From NCBI GenBank assembly GCA_964514545.1, contig CAZETR010000032.1, forward strand, positions 1 through 57,994: a stretch of DNA of 57,994 bases, given 5' to 3'. The stretch is from an uncultured Gammaproteobacteria bacterium. Lineage in GTDB: Bacteria; Patescibacteriota; Microgenomatia; CAZETR01. This document shows positions 25,733 through 35,213 of this stretch, piece by piece. The notes below the pieces were generated by a model. The model made no database searches. It was not told where the DNA came from and worked only from the letters and a program-made list of their open reading frames with translations. Within the stretch, counting starts at the first letter, position 1. Each line of letters begins with the position of its first letter. A program made the position numbers and the translations under genes.

Positions 25733-27688
25733 ATGGAGAAAAAGACAGTTAGGAAAAAAGTCGGAGCCGGGTTTGGATTGCCGGCGCGTAGTGGCAATGG
25801 AAACGGAAAGAAGGTAAAAAAGTTTGAGCTGCGACTGAATTTTAACCTGCGCACAGTTTTGACCTGGATGCTGATTTTTTTCTTTTTGGCATCGATTGTT
25901 TTTACGACCCGGGGCGGGGTGTTGCCTGACAAAGAGTTGTCAACAGGGGAGGCGTTAAGGGCTGTTTCGGAACAAAAGGTGAAGAAATTAGAAGTGGACG
26001 GAGAAAAAGTGCTGGTTTATTACAAGGATTCCGACAAGGTTGACTTTTTCCGTAAAGAATCTCAAGACTCCCTTATTACAGTGCTGCAAAGATCCGGGAT
26101 TGATCCGAAGATGGTTGAAACGTCGGTTAAAGATCAAAGTACGGGGAGATTGGTGAGTGGGTTTTTTAATATCGTTTTCCCGCTTTTGGTTACTGTAATC
26201 GTGATTCTGTTTGTTTTTCGCCAGGCCAGGGGAGCGCAGGATTCAATTTTTTCGTTCGGGCAAAGCCGCGCTAAGCTCTTTTCAAAGGGCAAGCAGAGTG
26301 TCAAGTTTGGGGACGTAGCGGGGGTGGACGAGGCCAAAAAGGAACTTGAGGAAATCGTTGATTTCCTGAAGAACCCGGGCAAATACAAGGCTGTCGGTGC
26401 GAGAACACCCAAAGGAGCTCTGTTGGTTGGGCCGAGCGGGGTGGGAAAAACTTTACTTGCCCGTGCTGTAGCCGGAGAGGCAGGAGTGCCGTTTTTTAGC
26501 ATGGCGGGATCCGAGTTTATGGAGATGCTGGTGGGGGTCGGCTCGGCTCGGGTGAGGGATTTATTCGCGACGGCGAAAAAGGCGGCGCCGGCAATAATTT
26601 TTATAGACGAGATTGACGCGATTGGGAGGCAACGGGGGAACGGGATGATGGGGGGGCATGACGAGCGAGAGCAGACTCTAAACCAGATACTGGTTGAGAT
26701 GGACGGGTTTACCCAAAATGATAACGTGGTGGTTCTAGCCGCGACTAACCGGGGGGATCTCCTTGATCCGGCTTTACTTCGCCCGGGAAGGTTTGACCGG
26801 AGGATTGTGGTAGATATGCCGGATATCGAAGGAAGGAAAGCGATCCTCGGGATATACGCCAGGAATAAACCATTTGACGCAGGGGTTAACTGGGATGCGG
26901 TGGCCAAAAGGACGGTCGGGTTTTCGGGAGCGGATTTGGAAAATATGCTTAATGAAGCCGCAATTACGGCAGCGCGGGAGGACAAAAAACTAATTGAGAT
27001 GAAGGATGTGGAGGAGGCGGCGACCAAGGTGAAGTTAGGGCCGCAGAAGAAGAGGCTGCAGAGCGAAGACGATCGGAAAATGACGGCGTATCACGAAGTG
27101 GGACACGCGATTGTGAGCTGGGCGATGCCGGGGGCCGACCCGGTACATAGGATCTCCATTGTGTCGCGCGGTATGACATTGGGACATACGTTGGTTCCTC
27201 CTTCAACGGACAGGGTACATGAGACTAAGAGTAGACTGCTGGGCCAAATTGCGATGATGCTGGGAGGAAGAGCCGCGGAAGAGCTGGTATTCGGAGAACT
27301 GACAACCGGGGCTGGAAACGACATAGACAAGGCGACAATGGTAGCGCGAAATATGGTGATGGAATACGGAATGAGTCAACTGGGACCGATTAACTATGGA
27401 CCCCAGCAGGACGTGGTGGAGTGGGGCAGGGCTTATTATGAGCCGACACAGGTGTCACAGGAGATGCAGGGTAAGATTGATACTGAAGTCAAAAGAATTG
27501 TAGACGAGGGTTATACAAAAGCTAAGGAGGTGCTGAAAAAATATCGAAGGCCAATGGACAAGGTTGTCGAGAAATTGATGGAGATCGAGACGATGGATGG
27601 AGATGAGTTTGTGAAGATAATGGCCGCGTCAAACGCGATTGCGGGAGATAAAGACAAAGCAGAAGAGCGTAGAGGCATAAAAGCGTAA
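25733..27688 (+). CDS. ftsH: ATP-dependent zinc metalloprotease FtsH
   Basis: Two TMs, GPSGVGKT, IIFIDEID, SRH ALLRPGRFDR, HEVGH. Confidence 0.98.
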   Translation: MEKKTVRKKVGAGFGLPARSGNGNGKKVKKFELRLNFNLRTVLTWMLIFFFLASIVFTTRGGVLPDKELSTGEALRAVSEQKVKKLEVDGEKVLVYYKDSDKVDFFRKESQDSLITVLQRSGIDPKMVETSVKDQSTGRLVSGFFNIVFPLLVTVIVILFVFRQARGAQDSIFSFGQSRAKLFSKGKQSVKFGDVAGVDEAKKELEEIVDFLKNPGKYKAVGARTPKGALLVGPSGVGKTLLARAVAGEAGVPFFSMAGSEFMEMLVGVGSARVRDLFATAKKAAPAIIFIDEIDAIGRQRGNGMMGGHDEREQTLNQILVEMDGFTQNDNVVVLAATNRGDLLDPALLRPGRFDRRIVVDMPDIEGRKAILGIYARNKPFDAGVNWDAVAKRTVGFSGADLENMLNEAAITAAREDKKLIEMKDVEEAATKVKLGPQKKRLQSEDDRKMTAYHEVGHAIVSWAMPGADPVHRISIVSRGMTLGHTLVPPSTDRVHETKSRLLGQIAMMLGGRAAEELVFGELTTGAGNDIDKATMVARNMVMEYGMSQLGPINYGPQQDVVEWGRAYYEPTQVSQEMQGKIDTEVKRIVDEGYTKAKEVLKKYRRPMDKVVEKLMEIETMDGDEFVKIMAASNAIAGDKDKAEERRGIKA

Positions 27689-27701
27689 AAAGGAGTAAGA
27701 G

Positions 27702-28745
27702 ATGAAAACATTGTTAGTAATCGATGGGAATGCGGTACTGCATCGGGCTTTTCATGCGATGCCGGAGTGGAGAAATAGAAGCGGGGAGGCAACTAGCGGA
27801 GTGTATGGGTTTTTTTCCATGCTTTTAAAGGCCAGAGAAGATTTGAATCCGGATTATTTAGTCGTGACATTTGATATGCCGGAGCCAAACTTTAGGCATG
27901 CGATGTATGTGGGTTATCAGTCCAATCGCGGGAGAGACGAGCAACTAGATCGGGATATTTGGGAACAGGTGGAGAAACTTAAAGTTGCTTTGGAGAAACT
28001 GGGAGTGCCTGTTTTTGCGGTAGCGGGATATGAGGCGGATGATGTAATAGGAACTGTTGCCCTGCAGGCAACTAGTTCCAAATCCCAAATCCCAAATCCC
28101 AAATCCCAAAAAGTTGATGAAGTAATAATTTTGACAGGGGATCGCGATTTGCTGCAATTGGTGGACGACCGAGTGAAAGTTTACATGCCAATTAAGGGCT
28201 TGTCGGAAACAGTATTACTGGATCGGGATGGAGTAAAGGCAAAAATGGGGGTATGGCCGGAGCAGATAGTTGACTACAAGGCATTGGTGGGTGATGGGAG
28301 TGACGGGTACCCGGGGGTGGCGGGAGTGGGACCTAAAGGAGCTTGCCAACTCATATCACAATTTGAAAACCTAGACAGATTATACGGGGAAATCACAAGC
28401 TCAAAACCACAAATCCCTGCTCGCAATGCTACGCATAGCGTTGCAGGCGGGCCAAATCCCAAATCCCAAATAAAGGACAATCTGAAGGCAAAACTTTTGG
28501 AGGGATATGAGATGGCGAGGATGAGCCAAAAATTGGCAACTATTATTTGTGATGTTCCCTTGACACTGGATTTAGGGAAAGCGGTAATGCCTAGCAAGGA
28601 GAAGTTTGCTCAGTTGTTTGAAGAGGTGAGACATCCGAGCTTAAAAGCGAGGGTGATGGGGGAAGAATTCAAAACTCAAAATTCAAAACTCAAAAGTGAA
28701 AGGCAAAATTCAAAAGTTAGCGAGAATCAGGAACTGTTGTTTTGA
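27702..28745 (+). CDS. Standalone 5'-3' exonuclease (Pol I N-terminal/flap endonuclease)
   Basis: IDGN, GYEADD, TGDRDLLQL, LVGDGSDGYPGVAGVGPK; no polymerase domain. Confidence 0.92.
   Translation: MKTLLVIDGNAVLHRAFHAMPEWRNRSGEATSGVYGFFSMLLKAREDLNPDYLVVTFDMPEPNFRHAMYVGYQSNRGRDEQLDRDIWEQVEKLKVALEKLGVPVFAVAGYEADDVIGTVALQATSSKSQIPNPKSQKVDEVIILTGDRDLLQLVDDRVKVYMPIKGLSETVLLDRDGVKAKMGVWPEQIVDYKALVGDGSDGYPGVAGVGPKGACQLISQFENLDRLYGEITSSKPQIPARNATHSVAGGPNPKSQIKDNLKAKLLEGYEMARMSQKLATIICDVPLTLDLGKAVMPSKEKFAQLFEEVRHPSLKARVMGEEFKTQNSKLKSERQNSKVSENQELLF
28416..28451 (-). repeat. 36-bp family A-related palindrome, in frame in the exonuclease
   Basis: cctgctcgcaatgctacgcatagcgttgcaggcggg; reverse complement runs cccgcc...gcagg; encodes PARNATHSVAGG. 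Confidence 0.75.
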
Positions 28746-28945
28746 CCCTCCGTCGCTTGCCTCAAGCCTTTGGTCCTGATTGAATCGGGAACTGCTTGAA
28801 GAGCGCTTCTGGCGGGTTTCGCACTGTTTTGCAATTTGGTTTAAGATGGTTGTGCTCATGAAAAACCCCACCTTGCGGAGGGGTTTTTCGAAAGAACAAT
28901 TCTTGCGAACTATTCCTACTGATTAACCCTTGCGAGTTGATCAGT
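28745..28945 (-). ncRNA. Candidate structured RNA with three C(GCAA)G hairpins
   Basis: Hairpins 28918-28945, 28893-28916, 28860-28889; G-U pairs work only on the minus strand; consensus promoter immediately upstream; 3' end uncertain. Confidence 0.6.
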
Positions 28946-28951
28946 GAAGGC

Positions 28952-28980
28952 ATAGTACATAAAATCTAAATATATGTCAA
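28952..28980 (-). promoter_or_regulatory. Sigma70 promoter TTGACA-17-TACTAT (TG-extended)
   Basis: -35 at 28980-28975, -10 at 28957-28952; predicted +1 about 28945. Confidence 0.8.
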
Positions 28981-30311
28981 GAGGGAAGTTTAATCAAGCC
29001 ACAAGCCACAAGCCACCCGCCTACGCTGAAGCTTCCACTTTCGCAGCTGCTTCGGCGGACAGGTCGGCGGGCAGGCAAATTCTAAGAACCATAAAGATAG
29101 CTATCGTTCATGACCCCGCACAAACCTCGTCGCTCCCGAGGTCTACGTCCTCGCGTCGCGATGTCGGTAATGCGGGGCAGGTTACTTTAAAGGTAGCACT
29201 AGTGCACGATTATTTAAAGGAGGTGGGGGGGGCGGAGAGGGTACTGATGGTACTAAAGGAAATGTTTCCGAATGCCACGGTTTATACAGCTTATAAATTT
29301 CCTCCCTATTGGGGACAGTTCCGGGACGAACTTCTAAAATGGGATATTCGGGAAAGTTGGGGACGGTGGTTGCCTTTTCTACCTAAATTTATTAGCTATT
29401 ACACGATATTGTCCCCGCTTTTTTTCTCTAGAATGGATCTATCAGAATATGATCTGGTGATTGTTTCGGCGACGGGGGGGTACTTTCCAAACGGGGTAAA
29501 AATCGGGGAGAAAACAGGACTACTGACTTATTGCCATACTCCTCCACGGTTTTTGTACGGCTATCCGACGGCAACAGTCGAACGGAATAAATGGTATTGG
29601 AAGCCGATATCGGCTGTGGCAAATTTGATTTTGAGACAGGTTGATTTTCGATTTGCGCAAAGGCCACATTTGTTTATTGCCAATTCAAAAAATGTGGCAA
29701 GGAGGATTTGGAAGTTTTATAGAAGAGAATCAGTGGTGGTATATCCACCAATACAAATCCCAAATCAACTAATAAAAAAGAATCCTAAACTGGATTACTA
29801 TTTAATGGTTTCTAGGATTGTGGGGGGGAAGAATATCGAGATGGTGGCAGAGGCGGCGGAAAAAGGCGGATTTAAATTGATGATTGCCGGAAGACCAATT
29901 GGCCGAAGCGGGCGGGAGATTTTAAACAAGATCAGTAACAGTAAAAGCAAGATGGTCAAGTATTTGGGAGAGGTGAGTGATGAGGAAAGAGGTAGGCTAT
30001 TTGCTGGAGCCAGGGCCTTTTTGGCGATGGAGAGTGACGCGGATTTTGGAATTACGGCAGTTGAACCGCAAATATATGGAACACCGGTAATTGCATACCG
30101 GGGAGGGGGATATTTGGAGACAGTGGTCGAAGGAAAGACGGGAATTTTTGTTGATAGGTTGGATGTTGACGGGGTTATAGAGGCTGTCGAGAAATTTGAA
30201 AAAACAGAATTTAACAGCATGGTTATCAGGAATAATGCTGAGAAGTTTTCTAAAGAGACTTTTAAGGAGCAGATGATAGAATTGATAGCGAAGTATGCCG
30301 GAATTACCTGA
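28974..30311 (+). CDS. GT4-family glycosyltransferase with repeat-derived N-terminal extension
   Basis: KVALVHDYL...GGAERV, YCHTPPRFL, DFGITAVE; TAAAAT at 28960-28965 supports this start. Confidence 0.9.
   Translation: MSRGKFNQATSHKPPAYAEASTFAAASADRSAGRQILRTIKIAIVHDPAQTSSLPRSTSSRRDVGNAGQVTLKVALVHDYLKEVGGAERVLMVLKEMFPNATVYTAYKFPPYWGQFRDELLKWDIRESWGRWLPFLPKFISYYTILSPLFFSRMDLSEYDLVIVSATGGYFPNGVKIGEKTGLLTYCHTPPRFLYGYPTATVERNKWYWKPISAVANLILRQVDFRFAQRPHLFIANSKNVARRIWKFYRRESVVVYPPIQIPNQLIKKNPKLDYYLMVSRIVGGKNIEMVAEAAEKGGFKLMIAGRPIGRSGREILNKISNSKSKMVKYLGEVSDEERGRLFAGARAFLAMESDADFGITAVEPQIYGTPVIAYRGGGYLETVVEGKTGIFVDRLDVDGVIEAVEKFEKTEFNSMVIRNNAEKFSKETFKEQMIELIAKYAGIT
29016..29075 (+). repeat. Nested family A elements (a 30-bp unit inside a 30-bp unit)
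   Basis: Outer 29016-29033 + 29064-29075 = cccgcctacgctgaagcttcggcgggcagg; inner 29034-29063 = tccactttcgcagctgcttcggcggacagg. Confidence 0.8.
29114..29181 (+). repeat. 68-bp hairpin element with family A-like ends
   Basis: ccccgca...tgcgggg followed by cagg. Confidence 0.6.
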
Positions 30312-31182
30312 GATTGAAACCGTCCGGTTGCAACTCGCGAAAGTGTTGCCGGGTTTGGAGGTCGAGGGGCTTGACGTGTTGAAGGAAAAGAGTGTGCAGG
30401 GAGATTGGAGCTTGGCGAAAGGAAAGAAGGTCGAGGAGGTATTGAGAAAGGGGAAAATGTTACAGATAAATTTGTCTGGGGAAATTTCAGTGGCGATTCA
30501 TTTTAAGATGACCGGTCAATTGGTGTTCGAACCAATTGGCAAGCCACAAATCCCAAGCCACAAATCCCAAATTGGCCGGATTGTAGGTGGGCATCCGACG
30601 GAGGATTTCTTCGGGCCCTTGCCGAGCAAACACACGCGGGCGGTTTTTAACTTTACCGGTGGATCAAAAATGTATTTTAACGATCAGCGGATGTTTGGGT
30701 GGATAAAAATAGGAATGAGATTGGAGATTGCGAAAATGAAGTTCTTGCAGGAGCTGGGGCCGGAGCCATTCGAGTTGACGAGTGAGGAGTTTATAAAGCT
30801 AATAGAGCGATCAAAAAGGCCAATTAAATTGGTGCTGATGGACCAGACGATAATTTCTGGAGTGGGAAATATTTATGCTAACGACGCTTTGTGGGAGGCA
30901 AGAGTCGACCCAAGGCGAGGGGCAAATACGCTCACGGAAAAACAATATAAAGATTTATACAAGGGCGTGATAGATGTGCTACGGGAAGGAATTAAGTATG
31001 GGGGAGCGACAGCGGCGGATGCTAAATATATAGATCTTCACGGCATGGGTGGGCATTATCAAGATCATTTTCGGGTTTATGACAGAGAGGGACAACCCTG
31101 CTTGCGAGAGGATCGAGGAATTGTTCACAAGTTTGTCCTAGGAGGGAGAGGAACGTATTTTTGCCCGGAGTGCCAGAGATAA
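30295..31182 (+). CDS. mutM: Formamidopyrimidine-DNA glycosylase
   Basis: MPELPEIE, HFKMTG, DQRMFG, GVGNIYANDAL, C-terminal finger FCPECQ. Confidence 0.95.
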   Translation: MPELPEIETVRLQLAKVLPGLEVEGLDVLKEKSVQGDWSLAKGKKVEEVLRKGKMLQINLSGEISVAIHFKMTGQLVFEPIGKPQIPSHKSQIGRIVGGHPTEDFFGPLPSKHTRAVFNFTGGSKMYFNDQRMFGWIKIGMRLEIAKMKFLQELGPEPFELTSEEFIKLIERSKRPIKLVLMDQTIISGVGNIYANDALWEARVDPRRGANTLTEKQYKDLYKGVIDVLREGIKYGGATAADAKYIDLHGMGGHYQDHFRVYDREGQPCLREDRGIVHKFVLGGRGTYFCPECQR

Positions 31183-31251
31183 GTAAATAGTTAATGGTAA
31201 TAGAAGTTAAAGGGTAATGAATTGCCGCAGATTATTACTTGTTGTCCGAGT

Positions 31252-32091
31252 TTAGTTCGAGAGGAGTGAGTCGAGGTTCTTGAGATATTTTCTAAATCTG
31301 TACTGGAGACGCTTTATGGATTTTTGGGGGTGAGGAGTTTTTACTTTTCCCCCCATGGGATAATCAAATAGCTCTTGGGTGATCGGGCCTTCCAGGAAAT
31401 ATTTTCTACCGGCAATGGCATACTTTCTAAGCAAGGCAAGAGTGCCTTCGCGACGAAAACGACGGAAGGAAATAGTTGTCTTTGGGTCGCGTAAGATTTG
31501 GAGTCGATACTGGAGGCGATGTAGTTGACGGGCAAGCTCATGGTCTTCTGCCATTCTGAGTTTTTCGTTGAAACCGCCGACCTTTTGGAAGGCTGATTTT
31601 TTTACTACCATAACAAATCCCCCTATAACTGGTTTGGCCGTGGTTTTTGAGATCTCCAAGGCAATGTTATAGAAATTACAAAGCACAGAGTCGGCTTTTT
31701 TATCTGAGTCTGGCCTGATCCAAGTCGTTAGAAAGCGGCAGTTTTTGTATTCATCAGTGAGGGCGTGGTGGACTTCGCTGATAAAGTTGGAAGGAAGAGT
31801 TACGTCGGCGTCAAGGAAAACCAAAAAATTCCCAATCGCATTTTTGACACCTAGGTTTCTCTGGTGGGAGACGTTTCTTTTGGGTGAGGCGATTGTTGTG
31901 AGTGAGGGGAGACGGGAGATAAATTTGCGCGCTGCAGAGATGGTCTGGTCTTCGGAGTTGCCATCGATGACCACAACCTCGAAATCCTTGTCAAGTTGAG
32001 CAGAGAGGGATTTAAGGAGTTTAGGGAGGTATTTTTCTTCGTTCAGAGTGGGGATTACAATGGAAAAAAAGGGATCGGGTTTATTTGACAT
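31252..32091 (-). CDS. GT2-family glycosyltransferase
   Basis: SIVIPTLNEE, VIDGNSED, RNLG, FLDAD, EDHEL. Confidence 0.92.
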   Translation of the reverse strand: MSNKPDPFFSIVIPTLNEEKYLPKLLKSLSAQLDKDFEVVVIDGNSEDQTISAARKFISRLPSLTTIASPKRNVSHQRNLGVKNAIGNFLVFLDADVTLPSNFISEVHHALTDEYKNCRFLTTWIRPDSDKKADSVLCNFYNIALEISKTTAKPVIGGFVMVVKKSAFQKVGGFNEKLRMAEDHELARQLHRLQYRLQILRDPKTTISFRRFRREGTLALLRKYAIAGRKYFLEGPITQELFDYPMGGKVKTPHPQKSIKRLQYRFRKYLKNLDSLLSN

Positions 32092-32099
32092 GATTGGGA

Positions 32100-33263
32100 T
32101 TATAGTGGGATATTATCTGTATTGTTCTTTTTGACTAAGCCCGCGAATAGTTCCTCCAATTGGTCAATGGTCTGATCGAGCGAAAAGAGGTTGGATTTTT
32201 GTTTTGCATTGTTTCCTATCTTTTCTCTCAATAGTTTGTTGGTTAGAAGTTTTTCAAGGTAATTTGTGAATTCTTTCTGATTATTTGCGAGGAGTCCGTT
32301 TTTTCCGTGATCTATAAAGTCGTTAGGGCCAGGAGTGTTGAACGCAATAATTGGGAGGCCGGCCGACATGGCCTCGAGAATAACTCCGGCCTGGACTTCG
32401 GCTTGAGATGGGAAAGCAAACAAGTCGGACGCCGAGTAATAGAGAGACATCTTGTCAAACGGGATGATGCCATAAAATTTGACTTTGTTTGCTAAGCCCT
32501 GTGAATTAACCTGTTTAATTAATTTGTCTTTTTCGGGACCGTCACCGACGATCATCAATTGAAATGGCAGTTGATTAAGTTTGCCGAGCGAATCGATGAG
32601 CACACTTACTTCCTTGTCCGGGCTAAGACGAGAGACGCAGAGAATTACCGGGATACTAGTATCTAAGCCGAGTTTTAGCTGTAGTTGCCGTGTTGAAAGT
32701 TGAGGATGGGTCATTGGATTATGCACGGTAGGGATGACTGAAATTGGAATTTTTACGCCTTGTTTTTTTAGTCGCGACTTTGATGTTTGGGTCAAAGCGA
32801 CAACGTGACTGGCGTGGTCAATTGTTTTTCTGACAGACCAGGTGATTGCCCTTGAAACAATACCCGCAGGAATAACCTTGGAGATAAAGTGGGTTGCCAT
32901 GACTTCGTATGCGGAGTGATACATGAAGACTGAAGGAACCTTGTAGTAACTTGCCAGACTGTTGGCGATGTCGCCGAGAAGAAAAGGGTGGTGAAAGAAG
33001 ATTAGGTTCGGTTTGGTTTTAAGCTCGCTGACTAGCTTTGGTGTAGGAATTGGGAGAATAATTGGGTAGTCAGGAGCTTTGGGGTTGGGGAGAGAAGGAA
33101 CTCTAAACACTCCTGGTTCGTTTTTTTCCTGCCGCGGGTGCATGGGAGCAACTACCATGATTGAATGCCCTCTTTTTGAAAGTTCCTTTTGAAATATATT
33201 GGCATTGACAGCAACGCCGTTGGCGCTGGGGGAGTAAGTGGCAGTAAGAAGAAGGATGCGCAT
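32100..33263 (-). CDS. GT4-family glycosyltransferase
   Basis: YSPSANGV, VSRLSPDK, VGDGP, ILEAMSAGLP. Confidence 0.92.
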   Translation of the reverse strand: MRILLLTATYSPSANGVAVNANIFQKELSKRGHSIMVVAPMHPRQEKNEPGVFRVPSLPNPKAPDYPIILPIPTPKLVSELKTKPNLIFFHHPFLLGDIANSLASYYKVPSVFMYHSAYEVMATHFISKVIPAGIVSRAITWSVRKTIDHASHVVALTQTSKSRLKKQGVKIPISVIPTVHNPMTHPQLSTRQLQLKLGLDTSIPVILCVSRLSPDKEVSVLIDSLGKLNQLPFQLMIVGDGPEKDKLIKQVNSQGLANKVKFYGIIPFDKMSLYYSASDLFAFPSQAEVQAGVILEAMSAGLPIIAFNTPGPNDFIDHGKNGLLANNQKEFTNYLEKLLTNKLLREKIGNNAKQKSNLFSLDQTIDQLEELFAGLVKKNNTDNIPL

Positions 33264-33283
33264 TAGGGTATTATACTGGGCAT
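33264..33283. promoter_or_regulatory. Overlapping bidirectional -10 elements
   Basis: TATACT (+, 33272-33277) and TATAAT (-, 33275-33270), each 6 nt from a start codon. Confidence 0.7.
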
Positions 33284-34360
33284 ATGGTAATTAAGGCTGT
33301 TAATCTACACAACTTTAGAAGTTATAACAGGGTGGAATTTGAATTTGACCCGGAGACGACTGTCGTAATCGGACCGAATGGAAGCGGGAAGACAAACATG
33401 CTTGAGGCGATCTATATGATAGCGACGGGAAAGAGCTTTCGGGCGGAGATGGAGGCGGAAGTAATTCGATATGGGGAGGGATTTGGGAGAATAGAGGCGG
33501 AAATCCGAATCAAGCCTCAAATCACAAGCCCCAAGTCACAAATTAAACGACTGGAAATTCTGGTGAGCGACGGTAGTCAGGAATTTCCCAGGAAGAGGTT
33601 TTTAGTTAACGGTGTTTCCAGGAGAATGATTGACTTTGTGGGAAATTTAAGAGCTGTATTGTTTGGGCCGTGGGATATGGAACTACTGGACGGGAGTCCC
33701 GGGAAAAGAAGGAGGTATCTGGATATGGTTTTGTCGCAGGTGGACCGAGAGTACGGGAGGTCGCTAATTTCCTATGAAAAAGGAATCAGACAGAGAAATA
33801 AGTTGCTGGAAAGTATTCGAGAAGGGTTTGCCAGTCGAACACAGCTTTCGTTTTGGGATAAGCTGGTAATCCGCAACGGAAATTATATTACAGACAAGAG
33901 GGCGGAGTTTATTGATTTTCTTGTTAACCGAGTTGGTCAGCCAATTGAACTGGGAATGGAATATGATAAAAGTGAGATTTCGGAGGCGAGATTGGCCCAG
34001 TACGAAAATGAAGAAGTAGCGGCCGCGGTGACACTAGTGGGACCGCACCGTGACGACTTCGTCGTCGCGCAAGCCACAAATCTCAAATCTCAAGCCACAA
34101 AAGACGTGGCGAAATTTGGATCTAGGGGGGAACAGAGAATGGCGGTGTTGTGGTTAAAGATGGGGGAGCTGGACTTTATAGAGAGCAAGACCGGAGAAAG
34201 ACCGCTGTTGCTGTTGGATGATATTTTTTCTGAGCTAGATCAAAAACACAGGATGGTCGTTTGTGGGATGGTGGGGAGCCAGCAGACGATAATCACCGCA
34301 GCGGATGAACACCTGGTTTTAGGGGTGGGGGGGAAAGTTTTGCGGTTGGGCGTAGAGTGA
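33284..34360 (+). CDS. recF: DNA replication and repair protein RecF
   Basis: NFRSY, GPNGSGKTN, GPHRDD, SRGEQR, LLLDDIFSELD. Confidence 0.95.
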   Translation: MVIKAVNLHNFRSYNRVEFEFDPETTVVIGPNGSGKTNMLEAIYMIATGKSFRAEMEAEVIRYGEGFGRIEAEIRIKPQITSPKSQIKRLEILVSDGSQEFPRKRFLVNGVSRRMIDFVGNLRAVLFGPWDMELLDGSPGKRRRYLDMVLSQVDREYGRSLISYEKGIRQRNKLLESIREGFASRTQLSFWDKLVIRNGNYITDKRAEFIDFLVNRVGQPIELGMEYDKSEISEARLAQYENEEVAAAVTLVGPHRDDFVVAQATNLKSQATKDVAKFGSRGEQRMAVLWLKMGELDFIESKTGERPLLLLDDIFSELDQKHRMVVCGMVGSQQTIITAADEHLVLGVGGKVLRLGVE

Positions 34361-35023
34361 CTTGTAGTATTGGGCTGCCGAATCCAGGGGCATGGCCAGA
34401 AGAGGGAGGTCACGGTTAAAAACGCGATCCAGTTCCGGCCTACTGGAGTTTGACCCGCAACCCATGACCCAGACAGGTGGGATGTTCCAACCAACATGGC
34501 GGATATTACGGTTTACGCGGCCCTTGGGAACTAGCTTGTTAAAGAGGACAGCGACGTCGAGGCTGATACGACGGAGACTGGCGTCCTGGTTGATGTTCCA
34601 GATTGTCCAGCCTGTATCTTCCATGTCTTCCAGAAGCAGGGCCTTGATGTGGGTCTCCGGATAGAAGGAGAGCGGGGTCACTTTGGATATTTCTTCTGAC
34701 CTGGCATTTTCTCCGGTAACAGACCTATATTCTATCGGGATGATTGACGGAAGCGTATCTCCATGGGCGGCTTGCCAACGACGCTCGAGTTGCGTGGCGA
34801 GGAAGCTGCCTCCCTTACGGTTATAAAAAATAAGGTCGTACAAGAAGGGGTTGATTTCGTGTGCGAGCCTATTAAGTTGGGCGATGACCGTAGCTTCGTC
34901 AACAACCAGGGCAACCTCCTGACTACCAAACTGAAGAACTTGAATAATTTCGGGAGGAGGATATGTGGGAACAGAATCGTGAAGCGGAACTAGATTTGCC
35001 TGGCGTTCGGTTCTCCAACCCAT
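34319..35023 (-). CDS. Phosphoribosyltransferase-fold protein (HPRT-like)
   Basis: LLLEDMEDTGWT PRPP-binding loop, RKGGSF, WVMGCG; ATG at 35023 preferred. Confidence 0.65.
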   Translation of the reverse strand: MGWRTERQANLVPLHDSVPTYPPPEIIQVLQFGSQEVALVVDEATVIAQLNRLAHEINPFLYDLIFYNRKGGSFLATQLERRWQAAHGDTLPSIIPIEYRSVTGENARSEEISKVTPLSFYPETHIKALLLEDMEDTGWTIWNINQDASLRRISLDVAVLFNKLVPKGRVNRNIRHVGWNIPPVWVMGCGSNSSRPELDRVFNRDLPLLAMPLDSAAQYYKSLYAQPQNFPPHP

Positions 35024-35150
35024 GTTTGTGGTTTGGGGATTCCCTTTACCATTGTTAATTTTTGTGCAAATAGTTTGCAAGGGGCAAAATGGGGATTGCG
35101 GGTGCGGTAATATTGCGGTAAAAATGCGGAGAATCCCAGCACTAGTCTTA

Positions 35151-35207
35151 CCCTGCGCCGGAGGCTTCCAGCCTCGCGCTCGCGAGGGGCGACGGTGCGG
35201 GACAAGG
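35151..35207 (+). repeat. Intergenic hairpin element with family A-like ends
   Basis: cctgcgccg...cggtgcggg + acaagg; inner gaggct/agcctc. Confidence 0.6.
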
Positions 35208-35213
35208 CGGGAT

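Noticed and set aside
26134-27027. 297-aa antisense ORF (also 36701-37285, 47896-48762, 50122-50763)
   Set aside because: Shadow ORFs opposite well-supported genes (ftsH, ligase, copA, trxB)
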